Below, one piece after another: positions 1 to 13,340 of a DNA stretch of 64,000 bases (within the stretch, counting starts at the first letter, position 1; each line of letters opens with the position of its first letter). The stretch is from Macrostomum lignano. Lineage: Eukaryota. Made by a program: the position numbers and the translations under genes. The DNA is taken from contig NIVC01001778.1 in assembly GCA_002269645.1 (NCBI GenBank), positions 1-64,000 of the forward strand, in the 5' to 3' direction. The notes beneath the pieces were generated by a model. That model made no database searches and was not told the DNA's origin. It saw nothing but the letters and a program-made list of their open reading frames with translations.

Positions 1-240
1 GGTAGGTTGATTATCAGGTAGGATGATTATTGGGTAGCGTGATTATCAGGTAGGGTGTTATCAGGTAGGGTGATTATCAGGTAGGGTGATTATCGCGGTA
101 GGATGATTATCAGGTACGATGATTATCAGATAGGATGATAATCAGGTAGGATGATTATCAGGTAGGATTATTATCGGGTAGGGTGAGTATCAGGTAAGGT
201 GATTACTGATTATCAGGTAAGGTGATTATCAGGTAGGCTG
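1..240. repeat. ~16-bp minisatellite (TGATTATCAGGTAGGA-like), probably intronic in the zinc-finger gene
   Basis: Degenerate tandem copies are visible. The array abuts a minus-strand donor (AAG|GTGAGT at 262/261). Confidence 0.85.
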
Positions 241-261
241 ATACAATCATCGCTGACTCAC

Positions 262-3200
262 CTTAATATGCTTATAATGTCCCATTTCCAATTGGATCGA
301 TGGCCGCAGACGGAGCAACGAAACGGCCGGCTGCCCTGCAACCTTTGCCGCTGCAGCTGGTGGCTTTAACGGCCGGCAAACTGCCGGAGCTTGCTGGGAT
401 GAGGAATTTGTGGGCTCGCTTCTGCTCGGACGACACCTGAGTTGCTTGCTGCTGCTGCTGCAGTTGCTGCGCTGGTGCTGGTGCAGTAGCATCAGTGCGC
501 ACGGCACCCTGCTGGTACCAGCCGAGGGAGTTGCGAGCTTCGGCCTCGTCAGGTGCAAAATTGAGGCTGCGGCCGCCTCGGCGGGATGAGCGCCTGACAG
601 GTGTCTGCGAGTGCAGGTTCAGGTTAACAATAGGGATTTGTTCTTATGGAGAGAACTCTAATAGGGGCTCTGCAGAATTGCATACAGAACTGGGATTTGA
701 GGTCAGAATGAGGTACTTGGATCATAACGAAGAATTCGAGGACACAATGGAGGATCAGAAAGAATGAGGAGTCCGGAATTAGAATCGGGATTTAGGATCA
801 GAATGGGTTTTAGGGGATCACAATGGGGCTTAAGGAATCAGGGGGGCTTAAGGAATCAGAATGGCATTAAGGAATCAGAATGGCATTAAGGAATCAGAAT
901 GGCATTAAGGAATCAGAATGGCATTAAGGAGTCAGAATGGCATTTAGGGATCAGAATGTGAATTTCAAGGATCAGAATGGGATTTAGGGATCAGAATGGG
1001 ATTTAGGGATCAGAATGGGATTTAGGGATCAGAATGAGGATTTCGGGGATCAAAATGGGGATTTAGTATCATAAATTCAGATGCCTCCTCACCTCGCCAT
1101 CTCCCAGTCGCCGCCGCCGCGCCACCCACAGAGACCGCAGAGCGCGAGGCAGCAGCGCGGACTCGGCGCACCTGAGCCCTGCGCCAGTCTCGGCACAGCC
1201 GTATAAGCCCTAACTGAGTCGCAGTGCTCCCGCCTGATGTGCTTCTCAGACTCCCAGGATAGGTGAAACCGCTTGCCGCAGGCCGCTGCACCTGTACGGC
1301 CTGAGCCGTTATGAGTAGCCAGGTGAGAGCGCAGATCCGCAACTGACTGGCAGACGAAGCTGCAGACACTGCAGGGAAATATTGGAGTCTCCGGCTGCTG
1401 CTGTTGAAGCGGCTGCGGCACCGCGGGCGAGTTCTGACCAGCCAGAAGCGACGAAGAAGACTCGTCGATGTCGTTCAGCGACGCGCGAGGCCAGCTCCTC
1501 CTGACTGGCCGTGGACCTGGCCGCCCTAGTGCGGCGTTATTCTTATAATTAGCCATGATTTCGCTCAGAGTTTTATCGTCCGCAATCTCGCGCCGATTGA
1601 TGCGCCTCCAGGTGTCGCTTTAAGTCGCCTTTCCAAGCGGAGTTGTAGGCGCAGAAATGGCAGGCGAACGGCTTCACGCCCAGGTGTAGGCGGTTGTCGT
1701 GCTCAGCTCGGACTGGTTACTTGGCCTGATAGGAGCAGTGACTGCAGCGTACAGGCCGTGGCTGTCCGGCTTCTTGCTGCCTCGATCGATGCCGTGGCTT
1801 GCCTGCAGGTGCTGCTGAGATCGCCGTGCCAGTGAAGGGGCGCTGCACTGCGAGCACCGGTATTTTCGGCTGGACGACGGCTGGCTGCTGCCGCTGCCGC
1901 CAACGCCGCCCCGGCCGCACCGACGCTGCTGCTGCAGTCGATTGAGAGGCGGCTGTCTTCTTCTGCTGAAGCAGCAGCAGCGGCAGCGCGCCGCCATGCG
2001 TCAGGATGTGCGACTCAGCAGGGAGAGGCTGCCGGCGGCGAGTCCGCAATGCGGGCAGACGTACGCTACCCCAGCCGAGGCTGAAGACGTGCCCGAAGCT
2101 GCGGCTGTTGCTGCTGCGGCGACGCGCCGCGACTGCCTCTTCGCCCAGGTAGAAACCGTTGTCTAAAGATGTGTCGTCTTCTGCGGTGGGCAGTTTTCGG
2201 GGGCTGTCAATCACAGGTGCGTGTTCATTGGAGATGTCAATCACCTAAAGCTGTATGAGCCTTCAATTATCTAAGTGTGTTTATCGGGGCCGTCAAATCA
2301 TCCAGGTGTTTATCGGGACTGTCGATTATCCAGGTGTGTTTATCGGGACTGTCAAATCCTCCAGGTGTGTTTATCGGGACTGTCAATTATCTAGGTGTGT
2401 TTATCGGAACTGTCAACCATCCAAGTGGGTTTATCGGGGTGGTCAATCAATCATCAAGGTGTGTTTATCGGGGTGGTCAATCATCCAGGCACGTGTTTTT
2501 CGGGGTGGTCAATCATTCAGGTGTGTTAATTGGGGTAGTCATTCATTTAAGTGTGTTTATCGGGGTGGTCAATCATCAGGTGTGTTTATCGGGGCTGTCA
2601 ACCATCAGGTGTGTTTATCGGGCTGTCAACCATCAGGTGTGTTTATCGGGGTGGTCAATCATCAGGTGTGTTTATCGGGGTGGTCAATCATCAGGTGTGT
2701 TTATCGGGGCTGTCAACCATCAGGTGTGTTTATCGGGGCTGTCAATCATCAGGTGTGTTTATCGGGGTGGTCAATCATCAGGTGTGTTTATCGGGGCTGT
2801 CAACCATCAGGTGTGTTTATCGGGGTGGTCAGTCATCAGGTGTGTTTATCGGGGCTGTCAATCATCAGGTGTGTTTATCGGGGTAGTCATTCATTCAAGT
2901 GTGTTTATCGGGGTGGTCAATCATCAGGTGTGTTTATCGGGGCTGTCAACCATCAGGTGTGTTTATCGGGGTGGTCAGTCATCAGGTGTGTTTATCGGGG
3001 CTGTCAACCATCAGGTGTGTTTATCGGGGTGGTCAGTCATCAGGTGTGTTTATCGGGGCTGTCAACCATCAGGTGTGTTTATCGGGGTGGTCAATTATCA
3101 GGTGTGTTTATCGGGGTGGTCAATTATCAGGTGTGTTTATCGGGGCTGTCAACCATCAGGTGTGTTTATCGGGGTGGTCAATCATCAGGTGTGTTTATCG

Positions 3201-4165
3201 GGGCTGTCAACCATCAGGTGTGTTTATCGGGGTGGTCAATCATCAGGTGTGTTATCGGGCTGTCAACCATCAGGTGTGTTTATCGGGGTGGTCAGTCATC
3301 AGGTGTGTTTATCGGGGCTGTCAACCATCAGGTGTGTTTATCGGGGTGGTCAATTATCAGGTGTGTTTATCGGGGTGGTCAATTATCAGGTGTGTTTATC
3401 GGGGTGGTCAATCATTCAGGTGTTTATCGGGCTGTCTATTATCCAGGTGTGTTTATAGGGTGGTCAATCATCCAGGTGTGTTTATCAGGGCTGTCAATCA
3501 TTCAGGTGTGTTTATCGGAGATGCGAATCATCCAAAGGTGTATTTATCGGGCTGTCAATTATCCAGGTGTATTTATCAGGGCTGTAAATTACCCACGTGT
3601 GTTTATCGGAGTGGTCAATCATTCAGGTGTGTTTATCGGGGATGCCAATTATTAGGTGTCTATCGGCCATCGGGGTTGTCAATCGTCCTGGGGTTAATGG
3701 GTGTTGCTAATTATCTAGGCGTGTTTAATCCGGGTTGTCAATCATGACTCACTCGCAGACGAGTCTATTAGCATAATAAACTCGGGATTAACTCACCGGA
3801 TGTGCCGTCTCCTCTGCCTAGCTCGGCGTCGCCCAGATCTCCCTGATCCGACCCTGATCGATGGTTGTTCTCGCGATGCCGAGCCATCAATTCGCTGGAG
3901 CCAGCTAGGTGGCATTGATTGAACTGAAATTCAGCCGGCTGTAGTTCACCTGAGCCGCAGGCTAAACTGGATTCTGAGATCTCCATGGTTGCAGCGCTGT
4001 GCTTACCGGTTGACTGGCAGCTGTTTAAGGACGAGTATAAAAAAATAGGCCTGTGTACAGACAGCTTGTACATGTACTTGCACAGTGCAGGGCGCAACCC
4101 TATCTGGGGGTTATGGCTAATGTAAAGGAGCAGCCTATTCATCTGCAGACTAACCGCGGCCATCT
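262..4165 (-). CDS. Multi-exon C2H2 zinc-finger transcription factor gene, frameshifted in this sequence (sequencing errors or pseudogene)
   Basis: Candidate exons are ~3796-4165, ~1093-2244 and ~262-604, with GT/AG borders (TTTAG|GTG at 2245/2244, GAG|GTGAGG near 1092, CGCAG| at 605/604). Fingers recoverable across frames: YVCPHCGLAAGSLSLLxSHILTH, YRCSQCS..WHGDLS.HLQASH, VRCSHCSYQAK..SEL.HDNRLH, LGVKPFACHFCAYNSAWKGDLKRHLEAH, FPCSVCSFVCQSVADLRSHLATH, RPYRCSxCGKRFHLSWESEKHIRREH. Roughly ten 1-nt indels are needed to join them. Exon phases are not fully resolvable. Confidence 0.75.
770..1075. repeat. ~19-bp intronic minisatellite (GGAATCAGAATGGCATTAA / GGGATCAGAATGGGATTTA)
   Basis: Tandem copies lie between the zinc-finger gene exons. 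Confidence 0.85.
2265..3745. repeat. 29-bp intronic minisatellite (CAGGTGTGTTTATCGGGGTGGTCAATCAT)
   Basis: The core is homogeneous and the edges degenerate. It explains ORFs 2255..3655, 2277..3458, 2551..2886 and 2899..3747. Confidence 0.95.
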
Positions 4166-4634
4166 CTGCTTAACTTTCCCACTCGGCTAGGGAATTTTAA
4201 AAGAGGCAGAGCAGCCCCCAAGGCAGAGACTCAGAGTCTACAATACATGCTTAATGATTATAAAGTCAGGGCGCTGTACATCCTGTGTATGTGCTCAGAA
4301 CCAGAAGTGCTCAGAAGTACTGTGAGTACTTCTTATTTTTATTGAGGGGACCCCGCTGATGCTGGAAAATACATAGGCATAATAGGCGCGCATGTCTATT
4401 TGAATTGCAATAAGCGCGCCATATATTCTGGACATAAGTTCGCGAGGACGTTGCCACCCACAAGAGCGCAAGAACCATACCGGACTAGCAAACTATAAGA
4501 CATCAGAGCAGATACAAGACACTAGGAATAAGTTTCTAGTTAGAATTTTATTTTGCATTCATTGAGTTGTACTGAACTAACACCCACACCTTGACTATTG
4601 TATATGTATTGTTCAATCCAGTTCAAAGGCACTC

Positions 4635-4930
4635 AGTTAGGCGCCGCAGGCAGCCACTCATTTTGGCGCCGCAGGCAGGCAGGCACTCATTTTGGCGCCG
4701 CAGGCAGGCACTCATTTTGGCGCCGCAGGCACTGATTTTGGCGCCGCAGGCAAGCAGGCACTCAATTTAACGCCGCAGGCAGGCACTCATTTTGGCGCCG
4801 CAGGCACTCACTTTGGCGCCGCCGGCACTCATTTTGGCGCCGCAGGCAGCCACTCATTTTGGCGCCGCAGGCACTCAATTTGGCGCCGCAGGCACTCTTT
4901 GACGCCGCATGCACTATATTTTGGCGCCCT
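4635..4930. repeat. ~21-25-bp minisatellite (CACTCATTTTGGCGCCGCAGG)
   Basis: Tandem copies are visible. Confidence 0.85.
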
Positions 4931-6290
4931 AAAGCAAAATTATTAATTTACATAACGGATCACAAGGTGCGTCGGGGGGGGGGGGGGGCATAAAGCGTTG
5001 GCATGTCCCCCCTATACCTTGTGGCGACACACCATGCCCGATTTCCTTGCGCGCTTCTGGCAAAGCACCTTCATCTTTGTGTGCTCCTATGCCTATGGCA
5101 CTGAAAATGGCTTATTATGTCAACCCAAAGAATTCCACAAAAATGGTATACGGGAAAAGGTATAGAAGCCATTAGCCAACCATTTAACCAGCAGCAGAAG
5201 AAAAAGCAAAGCAATAACAGCGGACAAGCCACAATTGCACAATACAAGAGGACCGAAGAAAAGAAAGCTATACGCGCTCCCATCTCAAAGAGAAAGAAAT
5301 GAGATAAAACGAAACGAAAGAAGACACAAACGCAAAAACTTCTATATAATAGCCGCGAACTGCAGGTGCAGCAAAACACATACTAAAGGCTGGGGAGGCT
5401 GTTATAACTTTTCTAAGGATTCTTCGAGACCCTGGGGGCGAAGAAGATTTGGAAGAGATTTGAGAACAACAAACTGAGAATGAAATGAAAGATGAAAAAG
5501 TGGCGCCGAAGCGACGGTGCATGGGGGGCTATTTTATATAAAATATAACTTAAATTTTCAGCATCAAGTTGAGAGTCGAGGACCACTATGCCCCCGCCAT
5601 TTAGTGACCAAAAAGAAGAAGTAAAATGCTTTTGCTGCAAGAGCGGCGAGGAGAGAGTATAGAATAGGGAGGGTTGGGCAAAAGAATTCAAAAGAAGACT
5701 GAAAAGGCAACGCCGAAAGCCGAAGGCTATGTATGAAATGAAAGCATATGAAAGCAAGCAACAATTGCTTCTAGTTTTTGGAATAGAACAGAAGGCAACA
5801 ATGACATCGCTAAAAGAGATTTATACTGTCCATTTCTCTAGTCCTAGAGTATAGATAGATCTACGCGCATTCCAACTTGGAACAGTTGCAACTGTTGCGA
5901 GGGCCCACTATCGGAGCAGTGAAGCGATGAGAACAATTGAAAAGAAGGCGGTTGAAAAGAAGCCAATTTTTTGTAAAGCTTTCGTTAAGATTCTTTTTTA
6001 TTACTAATACTATTTACTGCACAGTGCATTTGTACAATACATATTTCTTGAAATTGAAATGTTTTTTTCCATCTTAGAATTTAGATTTCTATTGGCTATA
6101 ACTTGCTACGAGCCGTAATTTTAAGCATTACTCGTGATTGTCGAACATAATCTTAATCTTATATAGACTGTACTGGCGTAAGATAAAACATTACAATTCA
6201 AGGTTCGAGCTTCTAATTTCGAAGATCGCCCAATTCAATTCAAAAGATTCAATTTCAAATCATAACATAATAGAATTAAAAAAAACTTAC

Positions 6291-6499
6291 ACTTTCGTAT
6301 TCCTTGGTAGCAGAGCGGCTACACTAAAGTCTGTTGTTCCCGTCTTCTTGTTGTTGTTATTGTTACTGCTGTTGTTATTATTGTTGTTGTTGCCAACGCT
6401 AACTAAGGACTGCACTGCAGAAGCAGAATCTTGTTCGTCTTTTTGCTGTCGTTCCTCCTTGACGAGGTTCTGGTTGCTGGTGATTACTGAATCACCCAT
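6291..6499 (-). CDS. Candidate first coding exon with a poly-Asn run and an eh1-like Groucho-binding motif (TDFSVAALL)
   Basis: Reads MGDSVITSNQ...GNNNNNNNSSNNNNNKKTGTTDFSVAALLPRNTK and ends at a strong donor, AAAGT|GTAAGT. The partner exons are not established. Confidence 0.5.
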
Positions 6500-8799
6500 T
6501 GAATTAAAAAAAGAGGAGTCCCAATCAAATATTAAGTAGTAGATAATCTAAGCACAAGCTAAGTTACTTGACTGCTCAGTTACAGTTAATTAACTCAAGT
6601 GTTAAAGCAACTAGTGAATGCTGAGAGCTAGAAGTGGCGGGGTATTTATTAGGCCCGGCTGGAGTTGAGCCCACTAAGCTTTAGAAAGAGAGGAGACAAG
6701 GAAGGACAGAGAAGAAGTCCGACAAACCCCTCAGCAGAGCCTCCCCCTCCCCCTATCTTTGGCTGTGTGGAACGCGAGGGGGCGCTCCCGCGCGGGAGGA
6801 GTCAATTGATGCGAGAAAGCACAAGCGGCGGGGCAAAAGTGGGCGCTTGGCTGCGATTGGTTGGCGGAGTGGCGGGTTTGGGGGGGTTGGCCAAGCCTCC
6901 TCCAGTCTTTGGGGCAGGGCGGGGTTTATTAGCCTGCGCGATTGAACTGATGGTTTTCCTCCAAGATAGTTAGTATATACTCAGACGGCGCTTCTTGTAT
7001 AATTCCTTTTATTTCAACACTACCTTCGTCTTCTCCTCGCGCCTTATCTACCAACCTTAACCTTGCGACCGCCCTGTGTCATTCTGTTCTGAATCTGATT
7101 GCTCTAGCAAAGTGAAATACGGGAGGGCCAAATTGTTCTTCGCACTGTCTTAGATGGGTAGAGCCGAGGAGGTGGTGGCTGGTGGGTGCTTTATTGATTT
7201 TTTGAGCTAAGGCGCGGGCCGCGGTTTTCCGTTTTTACTTTAAATACAAATGGGGTTGCCGTCTGCCGGTCGGTGTCTTTTGTTGTGCGTATATACGCTT
7301 TTTGGTTTGGTGATTCTTGTTAGATAGGTGTGATGTGATAAAAGACGTGCACATAATAAGTCTGGGTTTTTATCTGAGGCTCGACTGTGATTTTGATAGC
7401 AATTAGGCTGGTTATTTTGGCTATTGTAATTAAACCAATTAACAAACTGTGCCGGCTCCGGTTGAGGCGACACCGCCAAACAGGATATTTAAGAAATTTA
7501 ATTTCACTCGCACTTACATGTTAAGTATAATATGTAGCAATTTTCTCACTTGCAGGTGCAGATTTAATCTTATGTAGTCTTACATATATTTGAAATTATT
7601 TAAAAGCAAGGCTGAATAACTTTTTCTTCTGTCGTGCAGGTAGGGATTTATCTATTAGGAGCTAATCTGAAATTGCGAGACCACCCAACTTTTCGCAAGC
7701 TTTTATACAGGAGGACAACAGCAGAGAAGGGAAGAGCAGGGACGCGTTCAAGAATTCAGACAAGACAATAGGAGTAGGAGAGAGAGAGAGAGAACGGGAA
7801 AGAAAGCTTGAGTTGATGATGATGAGGCTTGTAGGAGTTGCGCGCTGTCCAGCTGCCCCAAAGATTCCAATCCGGCCTCATTGCGGTGCTGCTGCCGGAT
7901 CGTGAAAGATTAAGCAATTGAGTCCCAATCCGAAGCGAAGCCCGGATTAATCTTTCATGAGAACAGCCTCCCCCCGTGGCGTTTGCCTCTCCCCCTCGCT
8001 CTCTCTGTGCTGATCTCCTCTGCAAGGAGTTTTTATATCGCGGAGCGCGCGGGAGCATCTCTCGAAACGAAACAATGGGGATACGATAGGAGGATGCCGA
8101 GAGTCAGTCAGCGGTCCTAGATTGCGGCAGTGCAGAAGCAGCCGCCTGTCTGCATGCATCGTAAAAATTCAGCCGGCAAACCCTCTCCCTCGAGTCCCCC
8201 CCCCATGTCCTGACCCTGCTGCTCCGCTTGCCACATGCATAATGCAAAGACGCCAAGCCAGAGCAGAACTTGAAACGCATAACTGCGCACAGCCTCTCTC
8301 AGAGCTGACCCTTTGATTTTTGATTGTCTTTCCAGCGCTGCCTGCCAACGATGCCTGGCTGAAATACCTGTCCAAGTTCAACTCCTTTCCTTTCCTTCAC
8401 TTCATCATTCTCTAAAATCGCGTGAGGAGGCTGGGGGAACGGGGAAAGAAAATCAGAAGGGAGGCTGATTAGTCTGAGAGATAAGCGCACAGCTGGCTTG
8501 CTTCATCCTTTCTGCGGGGAATTGTTATTTTTTATTGTATCACCGCGTGCAGACTCCCATCCAGCAGTTTCTTTTAATCCCCATTGTTCTCAAGCAGGAT
8601 TCATCGCAATTAATTAACTATTCTATTAGCGTCGTGCCAAACCGAAAGGACTTGGGAGCAGTGTTGGCACTGGGGAGGGTCAAGGGACGCGCGGACGCCC
8701 TCTTCCTTCGGCGGAAACCCGGAAAAATACAAATGGAAAGAACCAAGCGAATTTTCGCCAACATACAGGCCAGCGCCCTTGCGACCCCTCAATGGACCT

Positions 8800-9320
8800 T
8801 GACTCCCTCCCGGGGATCTGCCCCCTCTTTGGGCCCTGGACCCCCCCCCCCCGGGATCCGCCCCTCTCTTTGGGCCTTGACCCCCGGGATCCGCCTCCCC
8901 CCTTTCTTTGGGCCTTGAGCCCCCGGGATCCGCCCTTCTCTTTGGGCCTTGATTTGATCTCCCCCCGGAATCCGCCCTTTTCTTTGGACCTTGATTTGAC
9001 CTCTCCCCGGAATCCGCCCCCATTTGGGCTTTGACCCCGGCATCCGCCCCTCTTTGGGCCTTGACCTCCGGGATCCGCCCCCCCGTCTTTGGGCCTTGAC
9101 CTCCGGGATCCGCCCCCTCTTTGGGCCTTGACCCCGGGATCCGCCCCCCCTCTTTGGGCCTTGACCTCCGGGATCCGCCCCCCTCTTTGGGCCTTGACCT
9201 CCGGGATCCGCCCCCCTCTTTGGGCCTTGACTTGACTTCCGGGATCCGCCCCCCCACCCTCTTTGAGCCTTGAGCCCCCGGCATCCGCTCCTTTGGGTCT
9301 TGACCCCTATTATCCGCCCC
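8800..9320. repeat. ~32-33-bp GC-rich minisatellite (GGGCCTTGACCTCCGGGATCCGCCCCCCTCTTT)
   Basis: Tandem copies are visible. It explains ORFs 8610..9284, 8789..9043 and 8792..9034. Confidence 0.9.
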
Positions 9321-10669
9321 CTAACCGAATTTCGGTTGCGTCACTGAAGGAGTCCCAAATCAGAGTTCCAGACACTAGCCTGAAGGCTTGAGAGTTGCAG
9401 GTTGGGGAGGGGGGCAACTGACCTCCTCGACCTCCCCGTATGGATCAATTAATAATCTCAGTGCTGTCGGAGGGGGACAGCTACCTCAGGCTTGAATTTG
9501 AATGAATGCAGAGAGGCGTTTATCATATGCACGCACCAGGTGGCTCGCACTGCGGGATACCCTGAATAACTCTCTATACCCTGAATGCCCTGATAATGCA
9601 GAGTCGAAGTGAGCTCCAGAGGAATGGGGAGTTATTTCATAATTAATAATCAGCAGACAATAGATTATCGTTTGAAGCATCCCATTATTAGTGTATAGAG
9701 TCCCCACGTCTGCCTGGAGTAGTTATACTTTCAAATTATTCGTGGAGAAAGAAAGTTACGAGTTAACTTTGAGTTTTCAAATAAAGATAATTAATAATTA
9801 TATGAGCCTTCAAAAATGTTTTCCAAGAAATAAAGAAACAATATTTGCCAGCAGAAGCTTCTTCAAAGATTTTTCAAATGTTCTGGGTTCATCTAACCTG
9901 TTTGGATGACATCAGAGCTACATTTAGATAGTCAGATAGATTGCAGTTGATACCATATTAATCAGAAGAAGCACACGGAATACACTTACGGCCGGGTGAG
10001 CTGTGCTGCAGAAACCAGAAGAGAAAAAACTCAGCGCGCATCAGTTAATCATGGCTTCTCTTATCCTTGACAAACTCTGGCCCGCATTCAGATAGACGCT
10101 CGTATCAAATATTGTCGGCTTCAAAAGAAGCTACTTAGTCATGCGCGAATTAAGACGCTTGTAAGAGCAGCTAACGAAGAAAAAAAGCAATTCATATCTA
10201 TAACCTGAGAATTGCAAAACTCTAAGTTCTTGCACAGTCGCTATAAATATAGAGTTTATAAATATGCAGACAAATATATATTTCTTTAAAGGCAACCTGC
10301 TCCCTACTAATGCAATTGTTGCTTCTTTATACTGCAATTAATTTATAATTATTGCGCACAATATTATTATTATAACAGGCCAACTTCGATAAACGAAATA
10401 CGAATATGCCCATCAGGTCAAAAATTTTTTGCTCCAAAAGAAGAAGCAAATTAATTTGAACTTTCAAAAAACAGTATCGAGAGAAAAAGAGAGACGGACA
10501 GGTGCACAGGATGGTTAGATAAGAATTCAATATATCTTATTGCGCAGTGCACTGCTCAGTGCAACAATAGTGCCTTCTCAAGCCTTTTAAGTGCATTATA
10601 ATTGGAGGTTTATAAATAGGGCATCGATTTGAGTGTTTTCACTTGGAAAAGCGAGAGATAAAACAGGAA

Positions 10670-11660
10670 GATCGAGATAGACAAGGGAGAGATAGACAAG
10701 GGAGAGATAGACCGGGGAGAGATAGACCGGGGAGAGATAAACCACGAAGAGATAGACCGGGGAGAGATAGACCAGGGAGAGATAGACAAGGGAGAGATAG
10801 AGCAGGGAGAGATAGACCGGGGAGAGATAGACCGGGGAGAGATAGACCGGGGAGAGATAAACCACGAAGAGATAGACTGGGGAGAGATAGACCAGGGAGA
10901 GATAGACAAGGGAGAGATAGAGCAGGGAGAGATAGACAAGGGAGAGATAGACCGGGGAGAGATAGACCGGGGAGAGATAGACCGGGGAGAGATAAACCAC
11001 GAAGAGATAGACTGGGGAGAGATAGACAAGGGAGAGATAGAGCAGGGAGAGATAGACAAGGGAGAGATAGAGCAGGGAGAGATAGACAAGGGAGAGATAA
11101 ACCAGGGAGAGATAGACAAGGGAGAGATAAACCAGGGATAGATAGACAAGGGAGAGATAGACAAGGGAGAGATAGATCAGGGAGAGATAGACCAGGGAGA
11201 GATAGACCAGGGAGAGATAGAGCAGGGAGAGATAGACCAGGGAGAGATAGACCAGGGAGAGATAGACAAGGGAGAGATAGAGCAGGGAGAGATAGACAAG
11301 GGAGAGATAGACCGGGGAGAGATAGACCGGGGAGAGATAGACCGGGGAGAGATAAACCACGAAGAGATAGACTGGGGAGAGATAGACCAGGGAGAGATAG
11401 ACAAGGGAGAGATAGAGCAGGGAGAGATAGACAAGGGAGAGATAGAGCAGGGAGAGATAGACAAGGGAGAGATAAACCAGGGAGAGATAGACAAGGGAGA
11501 GATAAACCAGGGATAGATAGACAAGGGAGAGATAGACAAGGGAGAGATAGATCAGGGAGAGATAGACCAGGGAGAGATAGACCAGGGAGAGATAGAGCAG
11601 GGAGAGATAGACCAGGGAGAGATAGACCAGGGAGAGATAGACAAGGGAGAGATAGAGCAC
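10670..11660. repeat. 15-bp purine-rich minisatellite (GGGAGAGATAGACCA) with higher-order blocks
   Basis: Tandem copies are visible. The diagnostic variant AAACCACGAAGA recurs, including at a 360-bp spacing. Confidence 0.95.
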
Positions 11661-12479
11661 GAGACTTACAATGCAGTATGAGAGAAGAGCAGCAAGAGTT
11701 TATCCGCACCAGAGCTTCAGACGGAGACAGACAGCAACAGATGAGATTACACAGCACACAGAGCCGTCAACTTCAATGCAAAGGCAGCACATCAAAAGCT
11801 CCAAAAATACAGAATTAAGCACAGAGTATCCAAATTCCTTCGTCAAAGTTTCGCTATTAGACAAGCAACCAAATCTCTAATCTCTCTCTAGAGAGAGAGC
11901 TTGCAAGCCGAAGAGAAACATAAATTTTCTTGTTTATCCAATCAATTACACTTGCTCCGGTGTTTGCAGTAAGTCAAGTAACCATTCCGTCAATGCTAGT
12001 CGGACCATGTCTTACAAAAAAAGTTGCAAAAAAAGATGCTCACGCGTTGGGTGTTTATTTTCTCTAAGCCGAATTCTATCGGATTGCTACACAGAAAACA
12101 CGAAGAAAAAAGCTCAATATAGTCGGGTGCAAGTCTGCGCTTGCTGTTAGAGTTCCTAGCAGAGGGGGATGAGCCACCTAGCCGAGCCAGCCGGCAAGTC
12201 ACTTAAGGAAACCGTGGCGCGATGTTTTCTTAAAATGTATCATGGGGGCACGAAACAGCTGCACGTATACTGCTCCTGCTAATATCTGATTTTGCACATT
12301 ATAGATGCTCTGCATATTTAGACTGCTTACTACAATATATTAATTTAACTAATGCTGTTCTCTCACTACATCTGAATTCTTGTCCTGAGTGAAATTTTTA
12401 GTATCCTTATCCTTACCTCATGACTGTCACTGTACTCTACTTCTCACTCTCACTCCTGTCTAGGCTCTTTATGTCACTG

Positions 12480-13340
12480 TGATTCCCCTCTATCCCTCAC
12501 TACACTATCACTCTCCTTTATCCCTCACTATCACTCCCCTCGATCCTCTTACTGTCACACCCATCTATCCCTCACTGTCACTCCCATCTATCCCTCACTG
12601 TCACTCCCATCTATCCCTCACTGTCACTCCCATCTATCCCTCACTGTCACTCCGATCTATCCCTCACTGTCACTCCCATTTATACATCACTGTCACTCCC
12701 ATTTATCCCTCACTGTCACTCCCATTTATCCCTCACTGTCACTCCCATTTATCCCTCACTGTCACTCCCATCTATACCTCACTGTCACTCCCATTTATCC
12801 CTCACTGTCACTCCCATCTATCCCTCACTGTCACTCCCATCTATCCCTCACTGTCACACCCATCTATCCCTCACTGTCACTCCCATCTATCCCTCACTGT
12901 CACTCCCATCTATCCCTCACTGTCACTCCGATCTATCCCTCACTGTCACTCCCATTTATACCTCACTGTCACTCCCATTTATCCCTCACTGTCACTCCCA
13001 TTTATCCCTCACTGTCACTCCCATTTATCCCTCACTGTCACTCCCATCTATACCTCACTGTCACTCCCATTTATCCCTCACTGTCACTCCCATCTATACC
13101 TCACTGTCACTCCCATTTATCCCTCACTGTCACTCCCATCTATACCTCAGTGTCACTCCCATTTATCCCTCACTGTCACTCCCATCTATCCCTCACTGTC
13201 ACTCCTATCTATATCTTACTGTCACTCCCTCGGTCCCTCAATGTCACTCCCCTCTATCCCTCACCGTCACTCCCTCTATCCCTCACCGTCACTCCCCTCT
13301 ATCCCTCACCGTCACTCCCTCTATCCCTCACTGTCACTCT
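12480..13340. repeat. 23-bp minisatellite (CCCTCACTGTCACTCCCATCTAT)
   Basis: Tandem copies are visible. Confidence 0.95.

Noticed and set aside
1-240. Telomeric repeat
   Set aside because: The unit is ~16 bp and there are no tandem TTAGGG repeats.
2255-3747. Long ORFs (466, 393, 282 aa) on the + strand
   Set aside because: They are translations of a 29-bp minisatellite open in several frames, and lie inside an intron of a minus-strand gene.
4963-5036. Tiny hAT-like MITE (CAAGGTGCGTCG..poly-G..CGACACACCATG)
   Set aside because: The TIRs are short and imperfect and there is no TSD, so the evidence is insufficient.
5070-5760. Short K/R-rich or F-rich ORFs
   Set aside because: Compositional artefacts of purine-rich sequence with no recognisable motif.
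10596-11818. RD/RG-rich and LSLVY-type ORFs in both directions
   Set aside because: These are products of a 15-bp repeat with no unique domain.
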